A DNA stretch of 64,000 nucleotides from Anthoceros angustus (taxonomy: Eukaryota > Plantae > Anthocerotophyta), in assembly GCA_010909165.1 (NCBI GenBank), contig MU008204.1, forward strand, positions 265,810 through 329,809, given 5' to 3'. The translations under genes were made by a program, and so were the position numbers. This document shows, one piece after another, positions 11,131 to 20,157 of this stretch. Position 1 is the first letter of the stretch. Each line of letters begins with the position of its first letter. A model generated the notes under the pieces. That model saw nothing but the letters and a program-made list of their open reading frames with translations. It was not told the DNA's origin and made no database searches.

Positions 11131-13120
11131 TGTGGCCTCATTTCGAGAGGGTGTAATAAAGGCCGCCGACCGTTATATAAAAGAAAGCTCGAGTAAAGTA
11201 TCTTTCTCTTGGTGTTGATGCTGCGTCTTCTTGCGAGGCCCTTGTGTGCCTTCTTGTTAACGCGAGTCTGAGTCAGCGGCGGTGACGGCTCGGGAGGCGA
11301 TCAAGGTCTTGGTGACGGACCCTAACGTGTGGTGGTGTGTGCGGAATAGCGCCTAGGGACCCTTGCTTGTCAGCAGCCCAGCGTTGGGCCAGGCCGGGCG
11401 TGTGGCCGGGCTTTGGGAGGGCGTCAGAGCCGGACGGAGAGGCCCGCTAGAGTGACGGAGGAGGTCCGGACGTAGCCACCCACATTTTCCAAAAGGACGA
11501 TGAGTGTAGTGAGAGGGTGAGAGGAGCGGACTAGAGGGATGAGTGGCGGCCCAGGCATGCGACCTTGACAGGTCATAGCGGTTTGCCGACTTTGTCGGTG
11601 AACGCGTTGCGGGTAGTTAGGCGTAAAACGATAAATAGGTGTGTGGGGATTGAACGGATACTAAGTAAGGTGAGAAAGCGATTGAAAGCGTGGCGGAGAC
11701 TATCATTCTCTTGGGAGCGGACCCTTACTACAACGACACGGGATTGTGCGGCGGCTGGCCGTCAACGAAAGTTGCGCCTATAAAAGACGCGCGCGTAGTA
11801 TAAGAGGTGAAAGCTCTAGTAAAGTATCTTTCTCTTGGTGTTGATGCTGCGTCTTCTTGCGAGGCCCTTGTGTGCCTTCTTGTTAACGCGAGTCCCGAGT
11901 CAGCGGCATGGCCTCGAGAGGCGATCAAGGTCTTGGTGACGGACCCTAACGTGTGGTGGTGTGTGCAGGGAATAGCGCCTAGGGACCCTTGCTTGTCCAA
12001 AGCAGCGGCCCAGCGTTGGACGGACCGGAACGTGTGAGCCGGAGAAACTTTGGGAGGGCGTGCAGAGCCCGGACGGAGAGGCCCGCTAGAGTGACGGAGG
12101 AGGTCCGGACCGCGTAGCCACCCACATTTTTCCAAAAGGACGATGAGTGTAGTGAGAGGGGTGAGAGGAACGGACTAGAGGGATGAGTGGCGGCTGGGCG
12201 ACCAGACGGAGCAGTCCTTAAGCGTTTGGCCACGCCAAGCTGTTTGGTGGACATTACGGTAGTTAGGCGTAAAACGATAAATAGGTGTGTGGGGATTGAA
12301 CGGATACTAAGTAAGGTGAGAAACGATTGAAACGTGGCAAACGGAGCCTATCATTCTCTTGGGAGCGGACCCCTTACTACAACGACACGGGATTGTGCGC
12401 GCCCGGCTGGCCGTCAACGAAAGTTGCGCCACAGTAATAAAGACGCCGCACTTGGGCGTAGTATAAGAGGGCTGAAGCTGCTCTAGTAAAGTATCTTTCT
12501 CTTGGTGTGGAAACCACGTTTTCTTGCAGACCCTTGTGCGTCTTCTTGCTAACGTGAGTCCTGAGTCACTGAGCAGGCATGACAGCTCCGGAGAGACTGA
12601 TCTAGGTCCTGGTGACGGACCCTAACGTGTGGTGGTGTGTGCAGGGGCGAATGATCGGAGACCCTTGCTCGTCCAGAGCAGCGGACGGACGTTGGACGGA
12701 CCGGAACGTGTGAGCCGGAGGGACTCCGGGAGGGCGTGTAGAGCCCGGACGGAGAGGCCCGGCGGAACGACGGAGGAGGTCCGGACCACGCAGCCCACCC
12801 GCCTTTTCCCCCAAGAACGATGAGTGTAGTGAGAGTGGTGAGAGGAACGGACTAGAAGAACGAGTGGCGGACTGGGTTGATACGGACGCGAACGAGTCCT
12901 TAAACGTTTGGCCACGCCAAGCCTGTTTGGTGGACATTACGAGTAGTTAGTCGTAAAACGGTAAACGTGTGTGTTTGAGTCTGAAACGGTCATGGCGTTG
13001 GGGTGGGAAACGATTGAAACGAGACAAACTGAGCCTATCATTCTCTCGGGAGCGGACTCCTTACTGCAACGACACGGGATTATGCGCGCCTGGCTGGGCG
13101 TCAGCGAAAGTCGCGCCACA
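11131..13120. repeat. three tandem copies of a ~630-690-bp LTR-like unit inserted in the copia element
   Basis: The anchor agtaaagtatctttctcttggtg occurs at 11192, 11818 and 12485, and tatcattctc at 11701, 12349 and 13036. The array begins TGTGGC and ends GCCACA. Confidence 0.85.
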
Positions 13121-13122
13121 GT

Positions 13123-14799
13123 CCCTCTCAAGAGGACACTCACGATAATCCTCATTCTAACTTGGATGTTTCAGACAATATACCAATTGACACCCCTGAT
13201 CCTCCGCCAGCGCCTGCTCTTCCGCCAAAGCCCACTCTTCCTCTAGCTCCTGCTGTCGTTGTACCCCCTCAACCAGCCTTGGTAATTGGGGATTTCCCTC
13301 CAAATCCTATTGATGAGGAGCTTCCTCCTCTTCTTGCTGAGGAGCCTCGTCCTCCTCATGTTACTACTCATGAGCTTCGACCTCGACACACACTTCGTCC
13401 ACCAGCCAGATTTCACGGTACTGATTTCCGTCCTACTCGAGGCAGTGGGAGCTATGGAGGGGAACGTCAGGCCAGCATTCCAGTCGAGCTACCTCTTCTG
13501 AATCCTGGTGATGCTCCCTCTACTCCTATCACAGAAGATGATAACATATCAGGACAAGCTCTTTCCACGGAGATGCACATGTTGCAGAACATTGCTGAAT
13601 TTCTACCTTCCAGCAATACCATTTTTGAGCTTTCTCCAGAACATCAAAGTGAGATACACTGCGCTCTACTTTCTCGTGTTCGAGCCTCTGAGCATATCGT
13701 CCCTGTGGACATTGCTCTATTTGGACCAAAAAAACAGGGATGGAAGGATGCTATAGACTCCGAATGGAAATCCCTGATTCAAAACAAGACATGGCAACTG
13801 GAAGACTTACCTCCTGGCCGCTCAGTTGTCTCTTGCAAGTGGGTGCTAAGGAAGAAGTTCAATGCCGATGGAACACGGTATAAAGCCCGCCTTGTGGCAC
13901 GAGGCTTTAGTCAAAAGCCATGGATAGATTGCGATCCAGGCCTTTTATGCTCCAGTGGTTAGGCCTGAATCCATCAGGTTTGTCCTAGCCATAGCTACTC
14001 AAAATGACGTGATCCTATATCAGATGGACGTTAGTACAACATTTTTATATGGGGAGCTTAACGAGACTATCTATATGTCCCAACCTGACATGTATGTGGA
14101 TCCAAAATACCCTAACAAGGTATGCAGGCTTCTTAAAACAATATACGGACTTAAACAAAGTCCAAAGGCGTAGTACACCAGGATTAATGCTTATCTTCTC
14201 TCTTCTGGCTGTGTTCAAAGCCACTCAGACTCGAATGTGTATAAACTTCACTCAAGCGAGGGCTATGTACTATTGTGTCTTTACGTGGATGACTGTATTC
14301 TTGCAAGTAGCACACAATCTACATTGGAGAAGGTCAAGAATATTCTAAGGAAGGAATTTGACATGAAGGACGTAGGGGAACTTAAATACGTACTAGATGT
14401 ACAGGTTGAAAGAAACTTACAACATCATGAGCTTTGGATACATCAAGAGAAGTACATCAGCGATATACTAAAAAGAATGAAACTTGATGATGCCCGACCT
14501 GTTGATACACCAATGATTACAAATTCGCCACTGTCAGTTACCGACTGTCCACAGTCAGACCAAGACAAGGCAGACATGGCCAAAGTGCTATACAGGCAAG
14601 CAGTTGGCTCCCTGATCTATGTGGCCAACTGGTCAAGACTTGAAATCCAGTTTTCAGTCAGTCAAGTTAGTCAATTCCTATACAACCCAGGGAAGGCCCA
14701 TTGGGTGGCCGTCAAGCGCATCTACCGATACTTGAAGGGTGCACCTCGCCTAGGAATACACTAGGAAGGACAGGTGAAGATACCTCTAACCCTGGTAGG
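13123..14799 (+). pseudogene. copia integrase-RT linker and reverse transcriptase (RVT_2-like), disrupted
   Basis: Motifs WKDAIDSEWKSL, CKWVLRKK, YKARLVARGFSQ, QMDVSTTFLYGEL, YGLKQSP, LYVDD and AVKRIYRYLKG are present, with frameshifts and a TAG at 14171-14173. Confidence 0.95.
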
Positions 14800-15430
14800 A
14801 TATACGGACTTAAACAAAGTCCAAAGGCGTGGTACACAGGATTAATGCTTATCTTCTCTTAGTTCAAAGCCACTCGGACTCGAATGTGTATAAACTTCAC
14901 TCAAGCGAGGGCTATGTACTATTGTGTCTTTACGTGGATGACTGTATTCTTGCAAGTAGCACACAATCTACATTGGAGAAGGTCAAGAATATTCTAAGGA
15001 AGGAATTTGACATGAAGGACGTAGGGGAACTTAAATACGTACTAGATGTACAGGTTGAAAGAAACTTACAACATCATGAGCTTTGGATACATCAAAGTAC
15101 ATCGATATACTAAAAGAATGAAACTTGATGATGCAGCTGTTGATACACCAATGATTACAAATTCGCCATCGATTTACCAATCGCTGATCAGACCAAGACA
15201 AAGCGGACATGGCCAAAGTGCTATCACAAGCGATTGGCTCCACGATCTATGTGGTGTGGTCAAGACTTGAAATCCAGGTTTCGATCGATCAAGTTAGTCA
15301 ATTCCTATACAACCCGAGGAAGGCCCATTGGGTGGCGAGTCAGCGCATCTACCTACTTGAAGGGTGCACCTCGCCTAGGAATACACTAGGAAGGACAGGT
15401 GAAGATACCTCTAACCCTGGTAGGATATAC
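14800..15430 (+). repeat. tandem duplicate of RT segment 14141-14799
   Basis: 659-bp period with the hexamer atatac at both junctions (14141, 14800, 15425). The second copy becomes indel-rich after ~15095. Confidence 0.9.
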
Positions 15431-15469
15431 ATCTGATTGTAAAACCTGACGGAAGAAGCATAGCGACCT

Positions 15470-15961
15470 ATGTATATCACCTTAGTGGCGGTCTTTGTCT
15501 GGTCCAAGAAAATTCCTTCCATATGCACTTCGACTGCTGAGAGTGAGTGCAGTGCCTTATCAATGGCGGCAAAGGACCTATTGTGGGGACGCAGCCTCCT
15601 AGCAAGTATTGACTACCCACAGAACATTGCTACACATCTGAATACTGACAGCCAAGCTGCAATGGACATGGTGGCTAATCCTAAATTTCATGGACGAACG
15701 AAGCACATCGAACTAAAACATCACTTCATCCACGAAGTGGTATCAGGTGACAAAGCTCAGTTGGTTTATGTTCATACGGATCAGAACATCGCGGATGTCT
15801 TAACAAAACCATTGGCGAAATACCTACACTACAAGCACGCTGAGGGGATGGGAGTATTTCCCTGCGTTGAGGAAAAGCTATCGGGAACTATCAGGCTCGC
15901 AACCGTTACGTCTTCTGGATTCCCTGTACTCAAGGGCCATGGACTCGAGAACAGGCTCTAG
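15470..15961 (+). pseudogene. copia RNase H
   Basis: WSKKIPSICTSTAESE, NTDSQAA, FHGRTKHIELKHHFI and DQNIADVLTKPL are canonical copia RNase H motifs. Confidence 0.95.
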
Positions 15962-16155
15962 AAGATTGCCCAAGTTCAGCAACCATCTTGGAGCAGAAGC
16001 AAGGCCGAAACCCCGCCGTATTCGATTTTGCCCATTGTTGCTCGTCTCAGGGCTCTCTGAGGCGCTTAAACTGCATACGGCCGTGCATTGCCAGCCATCT
16101 CTCCGAGAGGTTGTTCAGGTTTTCGGTTTCAAATTCCAAATGCGAGGTCTTTGCG

Positions 16156-16167
16156 TGCGAGTGGGAG
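16156..16167 (+). promoter_or_regulatory. polypurine tract
   Basis: TGCGAGTGGGAG lies immediately before the 3' LTR TG. Confidence 0.75.
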
Positions 16168-16351
16168 TGACGGGATGAATGCACTTAAGATTAGGGCACG
16201 TTTCAGTTTTTAAACAGTTTTGTCACTCAAAGAACCAACAGGCACATCGTTTCACTTGCATCCCTTCATCAGACCTACTTGAACACCAGAACAAGACTCT
16301 GGTGATAATTTGCTTTTGCCAATTGTCAATGTAATCATCACAAATTTCTCA
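16168..16351 (+). repeat. 3' LTR (184 bp)
   Basis: Direct repeat of 9691-9874, followed by the TSD GAGAT. Confidence 0.95.
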
Positions 16352-16489
16352 GAGATTGCTTTGGCCAGGTTAGTCGATAGCCTGTGTCCTCTTGTTCTGA
16401 ACCATGAGATTGCTTTGGCCAGGTTAGTCGATAGCCTGTGTCCTCTTGTTCTGAACCATGAGTTTGCTTTGGCCAGGTTAGTCGATAGC
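16352..16489 (+). repeat. 54-bp minisatellite variant, ~2.6 copies
   Basis: The unit gagattgctttggccaggttagtcgatagcctgtgtcctcttgttctgaaccat shares its core with the 71-bp unit left of the element. Confidence 0.9.
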
Positions 16490-16623
16490 GGAATCAGCAG
16501 GATTTCATTCTGAAAGAACCTTGTAGGGCTCGTACAACAGGTGGCCCTATATTGCAGGTACAAGGGCAAGATTTCATTTAGAAGGAATCCCGTATGTCTC
16601 ATACAACAGACGGCCCAGTAAGG

Positions 16624-16785
16624 CCATGAAACAGGGAATGAGTGGCACTCCATCCTAGTCGTACTGAATGCTTAAGGCGGCCCCTTAAAGCCATGAAATG
16701 GGGGATGGGTGGCACTCCATCCTAGTAGTACTGAATGCTTAAGGTGGCCCCGTAAGGGTATGAAACGGGGGATGGGTGGCACTCC
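16624..16785 (+). repeat. 67-bp tandem repeat, ~2.4 copies
   Basis: Units start at 16624, 16691 and 16758 (atgaaa.ggg.atg.gtggcactccatcctagt.gtactgaatgcttaagg.ggcccc). Confidence 0.85.
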
Positions 16786-16809
16786 AAGGTGGTATTGTGG
16801 GGTTCAAGC

Positions 16810-17400
16810 TTCATTGTAGTCCAGAGTTTCAATGAACTCATGTTTGGATGTCAGACTTCAAGGGAGGACAAACAATTTCTCCCGGTGGAAAAGTAGGAAA
16901 TGAACTCATGTTTGGACGTGAGACCTTCAAGGGATGAGAAATAATTTATCTCATTTGTTGAAAAGTAAGAAATAAACTCATGTCTGAATGTCACTCCTTC
17001 AAGAGAGGACAAACAATTTTTTGAACTCATGTATGGATGTTATTCCTTCAAGGGAGGACACAATTTCTCCCATCCATAGAGAAGTAGGAAACAATTTCTT
17101 GAACTCATGTATGGATGTCAGTGCTTGAAGAGAGGACATTGTAGGGTGTTGATAAGGCGATGAAGCTGTAAGACGATGAGACAACCCAATCAGAAGCTCA
17201 ACACTTAAATTACTCACTGGGAGGACACAATTTCTCCCATCCATAGAGAAGTAGGAAACAATTTCTTGAACTCATATATGGATGTCAGTGCTTGAAGGGA
17301 GGACATTGTAGGGTGTTGATAAGGATGAAGCTGTAAGACGATGAGACAACCCAATCAGAAGCTCAACACTTAAATCACTCAAGCTCAACACTTAAATCAC
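16810..17400 (-). pseudogene. degenerate leucine-rich-repeat (NLR-like LRR) remnant, with a ~170-bp tandem duplication
   Basis: About 67-72-bp degenerate repeats (tgaactcatgt.tggatgt...ttcaagggagga). On the minus strand, allowing single-base repairs, they read LE.L.IQTCSSL.YFSTG.NCLSSLEVL.IQTCSSL, a plant NLR-type LRR pattern. Confidence 0.5.
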
Positions 17401-17526
17401 TCACTGGGACGACGGGTGCATATAAATCGATATTATAGGTAAACAATACGATTTATTGTGAATTATAGCCTCATATTATACTGACCTAAAGTTAAATATT
17501 TTTACATAATCCTGGCATCATATAGG

Positions 17527-17736
17527 TAGAAGAAGAAGAAAAATTTTATTTAAGTCCACTAAGGACGGATTTCCGTTATGGGACTTGGTACTTAACAACT
17601 TGTACCATGGTGTGCCTAAGCTACTTGCACCAAGGGCATCCACTCCCTTTAAGCAACTCATCTAAGTATCGATCTAAGTTCAGGATGCTTAATCGGCACC
17701 CCATCTAATCGGCACCCCATCTAAGTACCGATCTAA
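17527..17736 (+). repeat. ~150-bp element (with internal duplication), inverted copy of 8790-8935
   Basis: See the 8790-8935 feature. The catctaagt..cgatctaag..caggatgcttaatc block is duplicated here. Confidence 0.85.
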
Positions 17737-18240
17737 GCTCAGGATGCTTAATCACAACGTTCTTATAAATGTGTGTCCATTTGACCTAAGCCATTTGGAC
17801 ACACATTTATTTAGGTAGTACTACACCTACGTCTCCTTCTTAGCTGCTGGCGATGCTTGTTGGAAGCCTGGCGTATTTCCAGCTCCAGAATCCATGGCTG
17901 GTGGTTGCATTCTTCCCAGACCTAACAATGGCAGTCTGCCAGGGAAGAGGTGGGCGCATCTGGAGAATGTGCGGTTATATGTAATCGGTGACATTGCTCT
18001 AGGGAGCAAGGCAAGTTCCAATCTGGAATTGCAACCACCAGGAAGCAATTCTCCAACCAACTATCATTGTGCCGTCCGAATTGACACTATCCTGGTTTGC
18101 ACAGGCGGCTAGCGTCCTGTCTGTCAAATCTCCTCCAGCTGCGAAGTCTGTGGCTATGTCCACCTTCGGCCCAAGCTCGCAACGCGTTGTATTCAACGGG
18201 GTGCTCACCGACGGGTGGGTGCGTCTTGCATCCGTAGGCC

Positions 18241-20157
18241 ATGGCTGTCTGGAGCGTGTTGACAGGGCTTCTAGGAAGAGCTCCCGCCCACCTGACTTCC
18301 AGGAACCAGCACTTGGCAAACAACCAAGCCGCGAGGTGCATCACTTTCGCGAGAACCTCAGCGCGACAGAGAGGATTTGTGGCTGGAGACGGGACTTGGA
18401 ACCTTCGGAGGCCTGCAGGAGACAAAAGGAGCGTTACGGCTGAAACCGTGAGCAAATTATGTGGTCAGGGCCGTGTTCCTGAGGCTGTGGAGGCTTTGGG
18501 AGTTTTGGTGCAGAAAGAGTGTCCCGTGTCCAATCATCTTGTGTACACTGTTCTGAAGAAATGTGCTGTGGAGAAGGATCTTGTTCTCGGTCGCCGTGTT
18601 CATGCCGTCACGGTGAAGGTGGGGTATGAGTCGGACACGTTCCTGTGCAACCACATTCTGCGAATGTATGCTTCTCATGGCAGGTTGCAAGACGCGATGG
18701 ACGTGTTCATTCTGGTTGCCGAACCAGATGCCTTCATGTGGTCTTCCATAATTTCCGCGCATGTTAAGCGGGGACAAGAGAGGCAGGGCATACAGCTGTA
18801 TCATCGGATGCGCAGGTCAAGTGTGAAGCCAGATGATCATGTATTTGTGGCAGCCCTTCAGGCTTGTGCAGGGGCATCAGACTTGAGAACTCTGCAGCAG
18901 GTGCATGCAGATGTGTTGGCCAGTGGCGTTGAGCCGAGTTTGTTCGTCTGTAATTGCTTGGTGGACGTGTATGCTAAGTGCGGCAGCCTGCAGGATGCTC
19001 AGGATGTGTTTGATGGACTTGGTCGGAAAGATGTGGTGACGTGGAATGCCATGATAGCAGGATATTCGCAGCAGGGCATGGGACAGGAAGCCCTTCGCCT
19101 GTACAGGGACATGCAAGATGAAGGCATCGTTACACCTGATTCTGTCACATTCGTGTGCCTCCTGCAGGCATGTGCAAGTGTGGGTATCGCAGCTTTTGAG
19201 ACGGGGCAGGAGATTCATGTGCAAATTAAAGAATGTGGACATGAAGCTGATGTATTTGTATCAAACAGTTTGGTGAACATGTATGCAAATTGTGGGAGCT
19301 TGGACTATGCTCAGAGAGTATTCGACGAGCTTGCTCAAAAAGACGTAGTCACCTGGACTGCTCTAATTGCGGGGTATGCCAAGCAGGGTATGGGGCAGGA
19401 AGCCCTTCGTCTCTATGGTGTTATGCAACAAGAAGGCATGACTCCGCCTAATTCCGTGACATTTGTGTGCCTGCTTCAGGCATGTGCAAGTGTGGGCACC
19501 CCAGCGCTGGAGAGGGGGAAGCAGCTGCATGCAGAAATTAGAGAACGAGGACATGAAGCTGATGAGTTTGTAGTCAACAGTTTGGTGAGCATGTACGTGA
19601 AATGTGGCAGCTTGGAAGATGCTCAGAGAGTATTTGATGGACTTAGTCAAAAAGATGTGGTGACGTGGACTGCTCTCATTACCGGGTATTCACAGCAGGA
19701 CAAGGGCCAGGAAGCCCTTCGTCTCTACAGTGTTATGCAAGAAGAAGGCACGGCTGTTCCGGATTCCGTGACATTTGTATGCCTCCTGCAAGCGTGTGCA
19801 ACTGTGGGCAGCCCGGCGCTGAAGGAGGGAAAGCTACTTCACACACAAATTAGAGAAGGAGGGTACCAAGCTGATATAACCGTTGCCAATAGTCTGGTGA
19901 ACATGTATGCCAAGTGTGGTAGCTTGGAAGATGCTCAAAAGGTGTTTGACAGGCTAGGTCAAAAGGATGTGGTCACGTGGAATGCCATGATATCAGGGTA
20001 TTCCCAGCAGGGAAGAGGCCAGGAAGCTCGTCTCTACTCTGCTATGCAAGAAGAAGGCATTGCGGTACCTGATTCTGTGACATTTGTATGCCTCTTGCAG
20101 GCATATGCTAGGTTGGGCAGCCGGCATTGGAGAATGGGAAGCAGCTGTACAAATTAG
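18241..20157 (+). CDS. PLS-class PPR protein, 5' part (paralog of the 904-5931 gene)
   Basis: A 638-aa ORF whose N-terminus (LGRA.AHL.SRNQ, VTAETVSKLC.QG, FLCNHILRMYASHGRLQDAMDVF) is shared with the minus-strand gene, followed by P-long L-S triplets. Confidence 0.9.
   Translation: MAVWSVLTGLLGRAPAHLTSRNQHLANNQAARCITFARTSARQRGFVAGDGTWNLRRPAGDKRSVTAETVSKLCGQGRVPEAVEALGVLVQKECPVSNHLVYTVLKKCAVEKDLVLGRRVHAVTVKVGYESDTFLCNHILRMYASHGRLQDAMDVFILVAEPDAFMWSSIISAHVKRGQERQGIQLYHRMRRSSVKPDDHVFVAALQACAGASDLRTLQQVHADVLASGVEPSLFVCNCLVDVYAKCGSLQDAQDVFDGLGRKDVVTWNAMIAGYSQQGMGQEALRLYRDMQDEGIVTPDSVTFVCLLQACASVGIAAFETGQEIHVQIKECGHEADVFVSNSLVNMYANCGSLDYAQRVFDELAQKDVVTWTALIAGYAKQGMGQEALRLYGVMQQEGMTPPNSVTFVCLLQACASVGTPALERGKQLHAEIRERGHEADEFVVNSLVSMYVKCGSLEDAQRVFDGLSQKDVVTWTALITGYSQQDKGQEALRLYSVMQEEGTAVPDSVTFVCLLQACATVGSPALKEGKLLHTQIREGGYQADITVANSLVNMYAKCGSLEDAQKVFDRLGQKDVVTWNAMISGYSQQGRGQEARLYSAMQEEGIAVPDSVTFVCLLQAYARLGSRHWRMGSSCTN

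Larger units (their letters stand above)
9691..16351 (+). mobile_element. Ty1/copia LTR retrotransposon, non-autonomous/decayed
   Basis: Two 184-bp direct repeats with TG...CA ends, a 5-bp TSD GAGAT (9686-9690 and 16352-16356), a tRNA-iMet-type PBS, a PPT, and gag, RT and RNase H remnants in copia order. Confidence 0.95.

Noticed and set aside
16624-16785. 5S rRNA or Cassandra-like similarity (minus strand ttaagc...tactaggatgg)
   Set aside because: Only about 11 contiguous nt plus a 6-mer match, the spacing is wrong and the rest of 5S is absent.
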